A stretch of 64,000 bases of DNA, taken from the sequence record OR352953.1. One strand, 5' to 3'. Below are positions 28,095 to 38,566 of this stretch, piece by piece (position 1 is the first letter of the stretch; each line of letters opens with the position of its first letter). The position numbers were made by a program, and so were the translations under genes. Origin of the DNA: Escherichia phage AV123. Under the pieces are notes generated by a model. The model was not told where the DNA came from. It made no database searches and was given only the letters and a program-made list of their open reading frames with translations.

Positions 28095-29255
28095 TTAGTA
28101 AGAACGACCACCAAACACATACTCTGTGTAGTTTTTACGTTCTTTGTTTTTAATAACAACTTCAATGTTGTTGCCTTTATCATCGGTGAACACAAAGTGA
28201 TAACCGTCACCACCCATTGTACGGATGTGTTTTTCATCATACATCAGCAAGATACGGTCTACACCCCAGTAGTAGTCACCTTCTTCATCTTTATCTTCTA
28301 CGGTAACGACTCCTTCCATTTCAGGAAGATGCTCTTCTCCTAGCTTATGGTCTACAGCTACAACATAACGATTACCGCTAAACAAACCTTGTGCTGTCAT
28401 ACCGTCAATATCGGTATCTGACGAAACATCTCCTGTACGATCTACACCGTTAACTTTCAGAAGTTTAACCTCTTTTGCAGCATAGCGGTGTTCAGTAATA
28501 CTGATACCCATCAATGCAAGTGCATCAGAGAATTTGTCATTAGGGTAACGGTTAAGTTCTTCTACTAATGACTGAACAATATCAAAGTTCAAATCCACGG
28601 AGAGATTATAAAGCGTTTCAAAATCTGGTAAGAAGGCTTTGTTCTCCAGATTTTTAGCCAGATAATCATCCATAGTAGCTTTAGGTAGTTTCTTATAGCT
28701 AAAACTGTAGAAAATACGGCTAGGACGATTACGCAAAAATTCTGATACATAACCATCATTTTTAGTCAATACAAACAGTTTGTCGTAGCCACCAACACCA
28801 TCCAACAGGGTAAGCAAACCATCTTGTGCATCTTTTTCAGCATACAGTTTATCAAATTCATCGATCATAATCATCACAGGTTGTGTGATTTTAGACATAA
28901 AATTGATAAAACCTTCGCCATTAAAAGCACTGCCGATAGAAATAGTAGGAATACCCATTTCACGAAGAGCAGAAGACAGCATTTTAGCTTGCAAAGTTTT
29001 ACCGCTACCTTTCGTACCCTCAAGGAGAACACCTGTGTTTTTACCTTTGCGGCTAAGGAACGTTTTGATAATACGTTCTGATTTATCATCAGTATCACCG
29101 TATGTTACTGAAGGCACTTCCATATCGTTTTTAGGATACAGGAAGAACTCACCACTTTGAGTAACACCTACACCAAAAGTTCCTGCTGGAATTTCTTCAA
29201 TATCTGTACCAGATTTCTGACGCAGGAAGATTTGATTGCCGAATACTGTAAACAT
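28095..29255 (-). CDS. P-loop NTPase (AAA-like), paralog of 43218..44345
   Basis: Walker A GTKGSGKT, Walker B MIMIDEFDK; aligns along its length with the + strand paralog. Confidence 0.65.
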   Translation of the reverse strand: MFTVFGNQIFLRQKSGTDIEEIPAGTFGVGVTQSGEFFLYPKNDMEVPSVTYGDTDDKSERIIKTFLSRKGKNTGVLLEGTKGSGKTLQAKMLSSALREMGIPTISIGSAFNGEGFINFMSKITQPVMIMIDEFDKLYAEKDAQDGLLTLLDGVGGYDKLFVLTKNDGYVSEFLRNRPSRIFYSFSYKKLPKATMDDYLAKNLENKAFLPDFETLYNLSVDLNFDIVQSLVEELNRYPNDKFSDALALMGISITEHRYAAKEVKLLKVNGVDRTGDVSSDTDIDGMTAQGLFSGNRYVVAVDHKLGEEHLPEMEGVVTVEDKDEEGDYYWGVDRILLMYDEKHIRTMGGDGYHFVFTDDKGNNIEVVIKNKERKNYTEYVFGGRSY

Positions 29256-29275
29256 AGTTTTCTCCTCTATTTAAT

Positions 29276-29746
29276 TTAGTCAGATTCCCAAATGTTGTCT
29301 TTCTTAACCCACATTCGTTGATTATCTGAACCTCTATAACGTTTCGTTGTTGGTTGATTCATATCATACTTACCATCTATCACTATGTCAACCAGTTTTT
29401 TAATTTTCTCTGGAATTTCTTCAAAAAGATATCCTGTATATAAGACAATATCTTTTTTGTTTCCAAAACAATCTCTTACCTTCTCAAGAACATACTCTAC
29501 AGTGTCAATGTTCTCTTTGTCAAGAGGTTCACCACCTAAAACTGTTAATCCTTTAATGAAAGGTCGAGATAAATCTTCCAAGATAAGATCTAATGTTTCA
29601 GCAGTGAACTCTTGTCCGTAGTTATACGACCAGGCTTTCTGGTTAAAGCAGCCACGGCAACCGTGGCTACAACCGCTCACCCACAAAGAGCATCTTACAC
29701 CGTCACCGTTGAGCATGTCAACAGGTTCATATCCGGCGTAATTCAA
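29276..29746 (-). CDS. nrdG: Anaerobic ribonucleotide reductase activating protein
   Basis: Radical-SAM CxxxCxxC cluster CSHGCRGC near N-terminus; 156 aa; directly downstream of nrdD with ATGA overlap. Confidence 0.85.
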   Translation of the reverse strand: MNYAGYEPVDMLNGDGVRCSLWVSGCSHGCRGCFNQKAWSYNYGQEFTAETLDLILEDLSRPFIKGLTVLGGEPLDKENIDTVEYVLEKVRDCFGNKKDIVLYTGYLFEEIPEKIKKLVDIVIDGKYDMNQPTTKRYRGSDNQRMWVKKDNIWESD

Positions 29747-31542
29747 AAGTGTTTCTCCCTTTCTAGTACCTCTTGCATTTTACCTTTATTATAAGGGCGA
29801 GAGTTAGGGGCAGAAAGGTATCCTGACACTCTTCTGATCACAGATATGGATTCTTCTTCATGATTACCGCAACTTGGACACTCGAAGCCTTTAGCTGTTG
29901 CCTTAAATTCACCATGAAAACCACATTTGAAACACTGATCTACAGGTTGGTTCACGCCAAAATAAGGAATTTTGTTGTAGGCATAATCTACAAGAGTTTC
30001 CAGTGCTTGCAAGTTATTTTTAAGGTTTGGTGTTTCTACATAACCTATGTTCCCACCATTACTAATTTGTGCAAAACCTTCCTCATAATCCCATTTTTGG
30101 AACGGGGTAGTGTGCATCCATACAGGTTGATGGAAAGAGTTTGTCAAGTAGTCACGATCAATAGAACCAGGATAGCGATCATTTAACGCTTTGGCAAATT
30201 TATAGCACAAGGATTCTGCTGGTGTTCCATACAAACTAAAAGCTAAACCAGAACGTTCTTTAAATGTGCAACAGATATCCTTCATATATTGAAGGATGTT
30301 TTTACCCATTGCTTTTGGATTGGTGTTATTTGGGTATAAAATCTCCATAGCTTCTGCTAAACCTACATAACCGATACTAATAGAGGCATAACCACCTTCA
30401 AATAGTTTACCAATCTCTTCATTAGCTTCTAGTCGAGCTAAAGCCCCTTCCATAAACAATGTAGGGTTTTGAGATGCTTTGGTATGTCTAATACGGTTAA
30501 CACGTAGCATATGTGCCTTATACGCCATCTCCATATGTTGTTCCAACAGTTCAGTAAATAAGATGCCCTTTTCACGGGACTCTGCTGCAATGATAGGTAA
30601 GTTTAAAGAAACTACGCCTAAGTTGAAACGACCATCATATTTTTCACCTTGCTCTGTTGCATAGTATGACAAGAAGCTACGGCAACCCATGCTTGTGACA
30701 CGACCATCTGAAGATCCTGTAACTTCTTTGTTTAAAGGTACAGAGATAAAATCAGGATAAATGCGTTCAGCACAACACTCCATTGCCAGTTGCTTCAAAT
30801 CATAGTTTGGATCGCCAGCTTTCATGTTAACACCATCTTCCAAGAAGAAGATAACTTTAGGAAACACAGGAGTTACCCTATCTTTTCCTAATCCTTGTTT
30901 GTGCACCATTAGGTAGTTTTTAGTGATCATTCTACCAAAAGCAGAGGTATCCAAACCTAAACTAATTGTTATAAAAGGTGACTGACCATTTACACTCATT
31001 AGGGTGTTCACCTGGTAGATTAAAGTTTGCATTGCATCGTAAACCTGTTTATCTACCATACGCATAGCAATATCATAATCGCCAACATCGGCATATATTT
31101 TGTTAAAACTTGCTTTAACGTATTGACTAAGCCCAGTATCAATATGTGCACAAGTTTGTCCACCATATTGGCTAGAAGCTACTGCTTGAATAATTTGAGT
31201 TAGGACAGTAGTTGCTACGCCAATAGATTTTGGTTTTTCAATATGTGCATTACCAATACGGAAACCGTTCTCAAGCATATCTTGGTAATTTACCAGGCAA
31301 CAATTAGTTAGAGGTGAGAGTAAATAATCTAAATCGTGAATGTGACCATACCCACTTTTATGCCATTCTGCTAGATCTTCCGGTAAAATATGGGTCATTG
31401 CCATGTGCTTGCTTAGGATACCTGCTAGTAAGTCTCGGTGAGTATTAACAATCATTGCAGGTTTGTTTGCATTTTCACGAGTAAATTCTTCGGATGTTTG
31501 TTCGAGGAATCCGATTACATCCTCATATAGTTTTTGGGTCAT
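29743..31542 (-). CDS. nrdD: Anaerobic ribonucleoside-triphosphate reductase
   Basis: C-terminal zinc ribbon CFKCG...CPSCG and glycyl-radical-like RVSGYL; start set at MTQKLY after GGAGGA. Confidence 0.85.
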   Translation of the reverse strand: MTQKLYEDVIGFLEQTSEEFTRENANKPAMIVNTHRDLLAGILSKHMAMTHILPEDLAEWHKSGYGHIHDLDYLLSPLTNCCLVNYQDMLENGFRIGNAHIEKPKSIGVATTVLTQIIQAVASSQYGGQTCAHIDTGLSQYVKASFNKIYADVGDYDIAMRMVDKQVYDAMQTLIYQVNTLMSVNGQSPFITISLGLDTSAFGRMITKNYLMVHKQGLGKDRVTPVFPKVIFFLEDGVNMKAGDPNYDLKQLAMECCAERIYPDFISVPLNKEVTGSSDGRVTSMGCRSFLSYYATEQGEKYDGRFNLGVVSLNLPIIAAESREKGILFTELLEQHMEMAYKAHMLRVNRIRHTKASQNPTLFMEGALARLEANEEIGKLFEGGYASISIGYVGLAEAMEILYPNNTNPKAMGKNILQYMKDICCTFKERSGLAFSLYGTPAESLCYKFAKALNDRYPGSIDRDYLTNSFHQPVWMHTTPFQKWDYEEGFAQISNGGNIGYVETPNLKNNLQALETLVDYAYNKIPYFGVNQPVDQCFKCGFHGEFKATAKGFECPSCGNHEEESISVIRRVSGYLSAPNSRPYNKGKMQEVLEREKHF

Positions 31543-31560
31543 TAATCCTCCGTGGAAAAT

Positions 31561-31584
31561 AAAAGCCAGCATTAAGCTGGCTTT
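31561..31584 (-). terminator. Hairpin terminator
   Basis: AAAAGCCAGCATTAAGCTGGCTTT. Confidence 0.55.
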
Positions 31585-31631
31585 AGGGTGGATCTTTATT
31601 TTAAATCTTTTTCGTAAGATTGTCCTTGATC

Positions 31632-32582
31632 TTAGTCAAGGTTTTTGGTAATACGTGTACAACCGTCAGAAGTCAAACCGTCAACTTGAGTTTCCCAAGT
31701 ACCATGAATATTTCGGAACAATGTTGTTACACCTTTTGGTTCATTAATAATGATTGCCATAACAAGTTTAGGATCGATAACAGACATAATCTTTTCCTCA
31801 ATACCCTCTGTAATAACATTATTACGCACAATATTAATTACATCTTCTTGTACAGTAAGAGTGCTTACGTTCTTAAGAGTATATACCTGCTGCGTAGTGT
31901 AAATGATACGAACATAACTTACAGAACGAGTAGGCACAGGTTTACGTGGACGACGAAAACGTGGTTTTGGTGAAGATTCAGTCTTACTTTCATTTTTTGA
32001 ATAATACTCCTCAAACAGTTTAGTAAATGTTTTTACATCAACTACAAACCGATCTTTCCTATATGGAGAATTCTTATGTGCACCATTAATACCACTATTT
32101 TCATCGAAGAAAGTAATGTTTTCTTCAGTTGAATACATTAGATAATGATCTGCATTTTTCCAATGTGGTTGTGGACAATGAGGATTACAAACGGAAAGCA
32201 AGTAATTAATATTTTCCTCCGTGGCCTCAGTATCCAGGAAACACGTATTATGCACAGTCAGTTGTACTTTTTCAGCCATATCTTTTTCTTTATCCTCTTT
32301 AGCAAGATATTCAGTACGAATAATCTCCAGAAAACCTTCAGGTGTTACTTCCATAAATGTATATTCAGGATGAAGCTCCATATATTCAAATCCACAACCA
32401 TCTAATTGCTGTAGAAAGTTAGGGTAGAAGAACAAGTCATTAACACTGTGAATCAGATCATTGATTTCTGCTTCGGTTGTGTAACCAAAACTCTTGTGAA
32501 TTGCTTCGTTAAGAATATGCAGGATACCCATCTCTTCTGCTGCTTTTTTAACTTCCAGTTTATTAGCGTAAAATGCAATCAT
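31632..32582 (-). CDS. Hypothetical protein
   Basis: AAGGAG RBS; 316 aa. Confidence 0.5.
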   Translation of the reverse strand: MIAFYANKLEVKKAAEEMGILHILNEAIHKSFGYTTEAEINDLIHSVNDLFFYPNFLQQLDGCGFEYMELHPEYTFMEVTPEGFLEIIRTEYLAKEDKEKDMAEKVQLTVHNTCFLDTEATEENINYLLSVCNPHCPQPHWKNADHYLMYSTEENITFFDENSGINGAHKNSPYRKDRFVVDVKTFTKLFEEYYSKNESKTESSPKPRFRRPRKPVPTRSVSYVRIIYTTQQVYTLKNVSTLTVQEDVINIVRNNVITEGIEEKIMSVIDPKLVMAIIINEPKGVTTLFRNIHGTWETQVDGLTSDGCTRITKNLD

Positions 32583-32599
32583 TATGTTCTCCTTCTAAA

Positions 32600-33034
32600 T
32601 TAGTTTAAAATTTCTTTTGCAATGGTAGAAGCAAGTTTTCCATCATATTGATTCGGATACTCTGCTTTAAGGTGTTTCATCATATCTGGCATTTTCTTGC
32701 CTGTCAAGGCAAATTCTTCAGCAATAGCTCGAAGATCATCTTCAGATAGCATTTCTGGCAAATATTTTTCCAGAGTGGTGATATCACGCATAGCTCGCTC
32801 ACACTTGCTAATGGAGGCATTAACTTTCTTAAGTGAGTCTAGTTCCTCTTTAGCATGTGCAATACCAATCTTAACAATGTTAATCATAATATCGTCTTCT
32901 GATTTATTCAGATTTGCCTTTTGAGTACGAGCAAGGTCAAACTCACCAATAATATTAGTTAACAAAGCAAAAGCACCCTTATCGGTTGTACGTGCTAAGA
33001 TACGATCTGCTTTCATTTGTGTCACAATAGACAT
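32600..33034 (-). CDS. GatB/YqeY-domain protein
   Basis: LEKYLPEMLSEDDLRAIAEEF...MPDMMKHLKAEYPNQYDGKLASTIAKEIL matches the YqeY signature (yLP...G...DGk...v...L). Confidence 0.6.
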   Translation of the reverse strand: MSIVTQMKADRILARTTDKGAFALLTNIIGEFDLARTQKANLNKSEDDIMINIVKIGIAHAKEELDSLKKVNASISKCERAMRDITTLEKYLPEMLSEDDLRAIAEEFALTGKKMPDMMKHLKAEYPNQYDGKLASTIAKEILN

Positions 33035-33046
33035 TCTATTCTCCTC

Positions 33047-33619
33047 TTATTTGCTAATGCTTTGAATCTTATTTACAACACGGTTTATTGCCAGTGAAGC
33101 CCTAGGCTCCGCAATACCTGTTGCATAGATATAAGGATGACCTTTTGGAGACTCCCTCATACCGAATGAACCTAATTCTAAACCATATTCATCCTCTACG
33201 TCAACCCCAATATTAGTGGGTACTAAATATGTTTTAACTCCATAATAAGTAGAGAAGAAACAGCGCATAGAGTTAGCATACTCTTCAATTGTAGCATCAG
33301 GGTAGAACTCAATCAACTCCAATTTCAAGAAAATATTAAAATGGGTATCATCTAAATTTTCTTCTGTGCGGTAACATGGTGTTAGTGCCATATAAGGATT
33401 ACCTGCTGCAAATTCAAAACCATCCTTCTCCATTTGCAGGAAAGATTGTTCTGCACTAGCTACATAGTATTTACCGTTAGGATGCCCTAATGGGCGATCC
33501 TCTTTATTTTCTGGTAGTGTGTACGCCAGTATATCAGCATCCACGAGATATGGAACTTCCAACATTTGTGCAAACCGACCATAGTAATCAATAGCTTGAG
33601 CTATTACTGCAACATTCAT
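33047..33619 (-). CDS. Hypothetical protein
   Basis: GGAGG RBS. Confidence 0.5.
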   Translation of the reverse strand: MNVAVIAQAIDYYGRFAQMLEVPYLVDADILAYTLPENKEDRPLGHPNGKYYVASAEQSFLQMEKDGFEFAAGNPYMALTPCYRTEENLDDTHFNIFLKLELIEFYPDATIEEYANSMRCFFSTYYGVKTYLVPTNIGVDVEDEYGLELGSFGMRESPKGHPYIYATGIAEPRASLAINRVVNKIQSISK

Positions 33620-33867
33620 GATCGACCTCCATTGCGGAATGCACGTTTAGTAATGTTCGACATAGTGATCAAATCTTGAAGCGTCATATCAGGAAAATGC
33701 TGTTCAAGAACACCTTCAACAGCGCCTACAATATCTGATAACTCAATAAGTTGCATCAGCTTGCAATCTTGATCAATAGCATCCTGAAGTTCATAAAGCT
33801 CTTCTTGAATTTTAGCAATAGAACCATATTCCTCTTTGCTAATCTCCTTCAAATGATACCCTGCCAC
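33616..33867 (-). CDS. Small all-alpha NTP pyrophosphohydrolase (MazG-like)
   Basis: GTG start after AAGGGGG; EELYEL...ELSDIVG metal-binding-type helices; 83 aa. Confidence 0.45.
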   Translation of the reverse strand: MAGYHLKEISKEEYGSIAKIQEELYELQDAIDQDCKLMQLIELSDIVGAVEGVLEQHFPDMTLQDLITMSNITKRAFRNGGRS

Positions 33868-33877
33868 TTTAACCCCC

Positions 33878-35614
33878 TTAGTTTACCAGTTTATTTATGT
33901 CTGGTAAAAGATTTATTTCACCTAAAAAATCACCTTCACCTTCCTCTAGCCAACTCTCATATGCTTGTGCATGATTATAGTTACCATCAAAAGAATCTGC
34001 AACAAATTTTTCTACAGTTTTTCGAGATGTGCCAGCGCCAAATACACCAAGTTTAATACCATTGATCGGTAAAGTGGTACTTGTGGGTACTTTCTCTGTT
34101 GCAACACGGTTGATATCTATAATCTCCTGTACGGTTGTGTTCCATTGTAAGCATTTAACACAACGGGTATGCGCTACATACAGTAGGTTTCGCTCTGCCT
34201 CTTCCAGTCCTACCCATTCACCAGTCTTTTTATCATAGTTGGAAGGAAAATCATTAGCAACAATAACCTGATCCCACTCCAAACCTTTAGACTTGTGTGC
34301 TGTAGTCAGTGTGACTTTTGCTGTAGGAGAATTTCTATGCGTTCTAAGTGTATGTGCTATAGTGTTTGCCTTACCAGAAACTACGATGTTTAACAAGCGT
34401 TTAGCATCTGGATCAGCCTCTGCACACTCAACAAATTCATCCCAGTCTGCGTAAGGTAATACAGTTTCATGTTTTACTTTCTCAATATCTCCTCTACGAA
34501 GAGCATTAACACTATCTACCATAGAGATAAAATCCCTGGTATCTACGTTAATAATAATTTCTTCCCCATCTGCAATACGATCCATTGCCTCCATAAGCAA
34601 GGTTAAATTCTTGCGAAAGATGATAGTGTAAGGTTTTGTATAGTCTACAACATCTGATTTGTAGCTACCTACTACAGTATCAAAGCCTTTACCAACCAAA
34701 GGATGACGCAAAGGTTCTTTATCGCTTAAAATCATATTGGCAATGTTTGCCACTTTGGGGCCAAAACGGAAGCAAGCAGTTAATGGAAGCTCTGCCCCAT
34801 ATGTAGAGGTTTCCTTCATCATATTTTGGCTTCCACGGAACTGGTAGATGCTCTGATATTCGTCACCCACCACTACTACTTGTTTTGCAGATTTAGCATT
34901 TCGCAGAATAGACAAGAATGCAGGGTTAACATCCTGGAATTCATCCCCAAAAATAATGTCATAACCAAGATCAGCACCAGACAATTCAAACAATTTTACA
35001 TAGGTGTCATGCGTCATCAAAGTATCTGTATTAGGATCAATGCGCTCTCGCCACAATTGTTTTGCATACTTAACTACTTCTGTAATTAGTTTGTGTTCGT
35101 TAATACCTTTTCTTTTAATATCTGCAAGATGTACACCAGGAAAATGTTTACGGCTGATAAAAGGATCATCCGAAAATTCAAACTTACCTACGGTTTGCTT
35201 GATCATTAAACCAATCATAGCACGAGTTAAAAGTGTTTTCCCTCGCTTATCAATAAGATTATTAATCTTAAATTTCTTTGCTATTTCACTACCTGTACCT
35301 GCAACGTTAACATACTGTCCTTCTGGTCGTGACAGTTTTGCACGTAAACGATGATCCAGGAATTGATAGCAAATAGAATGCAATGTACGGCATTCTACAT
35401 TTAGTGGCATCTTACGTCGTGCTTCTTCTGCCATGCTTTTATTGAAAGCTAAGTAAAGAATGCGATCTTCTGTACTGTTAGCCAGCAAATAAAGTGTTGA
35501 CGTTTTGCCTGATCCAGATTTAGCTTGGATAGTTAAAAAGCGATGGTCTGGAAAAGCCTCCTTAATAGCTGTTTGCTCTTCTGTTGGAGTGAAGCTCAAC
35601 TCTTTCTTAGCCAT
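33878..35614 (-). CDS. UvrD/Rep-family DNA helicase
   Basis: Walker A AKSGSGKTS, motif II GDEFQD, C-terminal TAHKSKGLEWDQV; start set at MAKKELS. Confidence 0.8.
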   Translation of the reverse strand: MAKKELSFTPTEEQTAIKEAFPDHRFLTIQAKSGSGKTSTLYLLANSTEDRILYLAFNKSMAEEARRKMPLNVECRTLHSICYQFLDHRLRAKLSRPEGQYVNVAGTGSEIAKKFKINNLIDKRGKTLLTRAMIGLMIKQTVGKFEFSDDPFISRKHFPGVHLADIKRKGINEHKLITEVVKYAKQLWRERIDPNTDTLMTHDTYVKLFELSGADLGYDIIFGDEFQDVNPAFLSILRNAKSAKQVVVVGDEYQSIYQFRGSQNMMKETSTYGAELPLTACFRFGPKVANIANMILSDKEPLRHPLVGKGFDTVVGSYKSDVVDYTKPYTIIFRKNLTLLMEAMDRIADGEEIIINVDTRDFISMVDSVNALRRGDIEKVKHETVLPYADWDEFVECAEADPDAKRLLNIVVSGKANTIAHTLRTHRNSPTAKVTLTTAHKSKGLEWDQVIVANDFPSNYDKKTGEWVGLEEAERNLLYVAHTRCVKCLQWNTTVQEIIDINRVATEKVPTSTTLPINGIKLGVFGAGTSRKTVEKFVADSFDGNYNHAQAYESWLEEGEGDFLGEINLLPDINKLVN

Positions 35615-35615
35615 T

Positions 35616-36092
35616 TCAACCTCTCTTAATTTGTTTAACAAGCATAGGAACAAAATCTCGTTTTAAAATTTGTTCAATAATATGATCAGGTAGCTGTTGG
35701 AAATTATAATTAAAAGCTACTGTCTCACCTTTAGGTGTTTCTACCCGCACATATAACATGTTACGAAGTTTATCCACTTGTGCTGTATATTCTAAACCAT
35801 GTAATTGATGCATTGCAAACATCAAATCATCAGTTTCAGTTTGTAATCTATCATTTGCTTGCATCAAGGACAAGGTAAAAGGTAGATTTTCCCTAAGAGC
35901 CACCTTCTTAGGAACTAGTGAAGGAAAATACTCACCAATAACTTCCTGTGTAAGCTGGATACACTCTTTTTCAAGTTGGTTTTGTTCCTTAAGTTCACAA
36001 ACACTTTTTTGTAAAGTGTTAACCTCTTTTTGCAAAGCTGCTAGTTGAGCACTTAACTTTCTTTTTTGATTACGACCAAAACGTTTAGACAT
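35616..36092 (-). CDS. Hypothetical coiled-coil protein
   Basis: AGGGGGAA RBS. Confidence 0.5.
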   Translation of the reverse strand: MSKRFGRNQKRKLSAQLAALQKEVNTLQKSVCELKEQNQLEKECIQLTQEVIGEYFPSLVPKKVALRENLPFTLSLMQANDRLQTETDDLMFAMHQLHGLEYTAQVDKLRNMLYVRVETPKGETVAFNYNFQQLPDHIIEQILKRDFVPMLVKQIKRG

Positions 36093-36100
36093 ATTTCCCC

Positions 36101-36616
36101 CTAGTAAAACCCTTTAACAATCTGTATTAACTCGGCACAACGGTTGACCAACTTTTCCTCATACAATACACGTTGTGGCATATGTTGTATAATATACTCC
36201 ATTTGCTCATGCCATGTCCACTTTTCTTTTTTGTCTGGGATAACATCACTAGCACGAGAATTATCTTTTAATGTTTGTATAATCCAATTGCTTGGAAAGT
36301 GCTCTCCACCTTTCTTAAATGGTTTATAGTGGCCTAGAGTAAATTGAGAATCCCCTGTTAGAGCACCCAATTTATTTAGATGGATAATCAAACTACGAAA
36401 CACATAGTATTCATAGATGTTATCCACCGTATAGCAAGCATAATATTTCAAGATGCCCTTATCTCGCGGATACTTACCAACATCCAGATTGCACCAGTTG
36501 ACATTTTCTGGATCATAGTGGTGTTCCTTAAGCCATATTTCTCTTTCATCAAAGTCTGGATATATTACCGCTCTGCTTACAGAGTCAACAAGTGGAGATT
36601 GAGCATCAAAAAACAT
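36101..36616 (-). CDS. Hypothetical protein
   Basis: AAGGAA RBS. Confidence 0.5.
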   Translation of the reverse strand: MFFDAQSPLVDSVSRAVIYPDFDEREIWLKEHHYDPENVNWCNLDVGKYPRDKGILKYYACYTVDNIYEYYVFRSLIIHLNKLGALTGDSQFTLGHYKPFKKGGEHFPSNWIIQTLKDNSRASDVIPDKKEKWTWHEQMEYIIQHMPQRVLYEEKLVNRCAELIQIVKGFY

Positions 36617-36637
36617 TATATTTTCCTTATTGGTTTG

Positions 36638-37003
36638 TTAAACGTTTTCTAAATCTTTTAAGGCATTACCCAACGTTAGAACAATAACATCATTTGCTGC
36701 CTCTTCCCCATTGATATTGGTGAAATTTGGTGTTACAAAAGTAACCATATAAAACTCGTCCACCTGGAAGATAGCAATAACACCATCCATCTTAACATCT
36801 TGACGAAAGGAAAAACCAATCATCTTCTCTTGCAAAGGCATATCCCCTTCCTTCATTACTGCCAGGGAGTCTTCAGGAATGTTATATTTATCTGCTCCGA
36901 TGTAGATGTATGTAATGTTATCTTTATCGTGATGATACAGGGTTGCTTTTTCCATATCTAAACCTGACAGATCAAATACGTTAATTTCTTGTGTAGTCTT
37001 CAT
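36638..37003 (-). CDS. Hypothetical protein
   Basis: Start set at MKTTQE with GGGAGGA RBS. Confidence 0.45.
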   Translation of the reverse strand: MKTTQEINVFDLSGLDMEKATLYHHDKDNITYIYIGADKYNIPEDSLAVMKEGDMPLQEKMIGFSFRQDVKMDGVIAIFQVDEFYMVTFVTPNFTNINGEEAANDVIVLTLGNALKDLENV

Positions 37004-37367
37004 AAATATCCTCCCAAATCCAATAATCATCTGTGTAAGTAGGATGCCTTTTATCCCACTCTGTTCTAGCCCAAGCAACCGCTGCTACCAACACATCACC
37101 ATGACAAGGTTGAGGTGCGCAGAAGCAAACTAAGTCTTTCCCTTCTAATTCTAACAAATCCTCAAGAGTGATTTTACCACAACGAATTTGTTCCCACAAC
37201 CACTCTTTATATCTTTGTATAGTTGACCCTCGTGGTTCATCATCCTTTAACTTAAAAGGATTTGCAAACTTTGAGGCTTTTAACCCCATATGAGGCATAG
37301 CTCTGCCAATGTAAACTGCACCTTCAGGTATTACTTTACCTAAGTGGTAAAAATTTAATACTTTCAT
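36981..37367 (-). CDS. Hypothetical protein, DUF4326-like motif pattern
   Basis: YIGR...NPF and GKDLVCFCAPQPCHGDVL; start ATG one nt after upstream stop. Confidence 0.35.
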   Translation of the reverse strand: MKVLNFYHLGKVIPEGAVYIGRAMPHMGLKASKFANPFKLKDDEPRGSTIQRYKEWLWEQIRCGKITLEDLLELEGKDLVCFCAPQPCHGDVLVAAVAWARTEWDKRHPTYTDDYWIWEDIYEDYTRN

Positions 37368-37368
37368 A

Positions 37369-37719
37369 TTAACCCAAACACATCTGTGCAATCAAGCCCT
37401 GTATAAATTTATTAGCTTCTTTACTGTCGTAGTCAGTCTCTTCTGGATATCCATCTTCATCGTACACAACTGTACCTTCAATATACCCTGCCTCAATTAA
37501 GGCGCGGATCATATCAAATTGCCAGCATGAGTTACCAAATGGACGTTTACCATTAAAACACTCTTCTTCTCTCCATAACGTAGAGAGTAGTTGTCGGAAA
37601 TATTCCCGTACAGTGACAGTACCAAGATCTGAATCCTCAAACATAACATCCAAGGCATCAGGATTGCTTTTCTCTACATAAGGAATATATTTAACACCAT
37701 TAATAGTTACATCAAGCAT
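37369..37719 (-). CDS. Hypothetical protein
   Basis: AAGGAGAAA RBS. Confidence 0.45.
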   Translation of the reverse strand: MLDVTINGVKYIPYVEKSNPDALDVMFEDSDLGTVTVREYFRQLLSTLWREEECFNGKRPFGNSCWQFDMIRALIEAGYIEGTVVYDEDGYPEETDYDSKEANKFIQGLIAQMCLG

Positions 37720-38082
37720 TTATTTCTCCTTATCATCATATTCTAGGAACATATCTGCACGATATGCTTTACGCTCTTCAAACTTAGCAGGATCTACAAC
37801 AATAAGCAATACAAGGTTAACATCTAAATACTTCTTAACAAATAGAAATAAATCTTTTCCACAGTTAAAACCTACACCAGTATAGGCATCCCCATATTGA
37901 TCTACTGATTTAATCTTCTTACTAACCGTACACTCTATGCTATTCTTTTCTTCTTGGTATAAGGCTTTCCCACCCCAATATGTAAAGAATTTAGTACCGT
38001 CAGCACCAAGTTTAAAACCCTCTGTTGCATGTCCCGCAAATGAAAGTAAACATAACCAAGTGATCATCAGGTACTTTAGCAT
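37720..38082 (-). CDS. Secreted hypothetical protein
   Basis: Start at MLKYLM with GGTGG RBS; signal peptide ending AGHA. Confidence 0.45.
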   Translation of the reverse strand: MLKYLMITWLCLLSFAGHATEGFKLGADGTKFFTYWGGKALYQEEKNSIECTVSKKIKSVDQYGDAYTGVGFNCGKDLFLFVKKYLDVNLVLLIVVDPAKFEERKAYRADMFLEYDDKEK

Positions 38083-38083
38083 T

Positions 38084-38566
38084 TTAACCACCCAATTGTA
38101 AATGTTTAGAAAGAACAATATCCCATTGATCACCACAGCCGTTATCTATGCGGAACATAATGTACGTATCATCTTCTTCTACGACATATAATACCTCATA
38201 GGAATTACAACAACCTTCCCAATTTTTAACAGCCTCTGGTGTATCATGTGTAAGAATTTCATTACCATCGTATGACCAAAACAAAGGGGTAAGGTTTTCG
38301 AAGGTCAGTGAAGTAGGGTTTACTTCATCTTTAACTGCTTCCTCATATTCTTTATGCGTTTGTACTGCTTTAGTTAGTGTACTCATGTCTATCTCCTTTT
38401 CTCCTTCTTGACTATGGAGGATAGCGAACTCTCTAAACTCCACTTCACGCCATGTTTTTAGGTAGTGCTTTATAATTTTATCAACATCTGCCTGTTCAAC
38501 ATTACTTTTCAAGCAATAGTAATCATGGTCTTCGCCCATTCTACCCCATATGCTATACCTTGTCAT
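38084..38566 (-). CDS. Hypothetical protein
   Basis: ORF in operon. Confidence 0.45.
   Translation of the reverse strand: MTRYSIWGRMGEDHDYYCLKSNVEQADVDKIIKHYLKTWREVEFREFAILHSQEGEKEIDMSTLTKAVQTHKEYEEAVKDEVNPTSLTFENLTPLFWSYDGNEILTHDTPEAVKNWEGCCNSYEVLYVVEEDDTYIMFRIDNGCGDQWDIVLSKHLQLGG

Noticed and set aside
10704-38136. Long N-terminal extensions in track ORFs (10704..11228, 14120..15133, 25472..26305, 29743..31572, 33878..35653, 36638..37078, 37720..38136, and several + strand island genes)
   Set aside because: The extensions run through upstream stop codons, terminator hairpins or leader hairpins; internal ATGs with correctly spaced SD sites give non-overlapping or ATGA-coupled genes.
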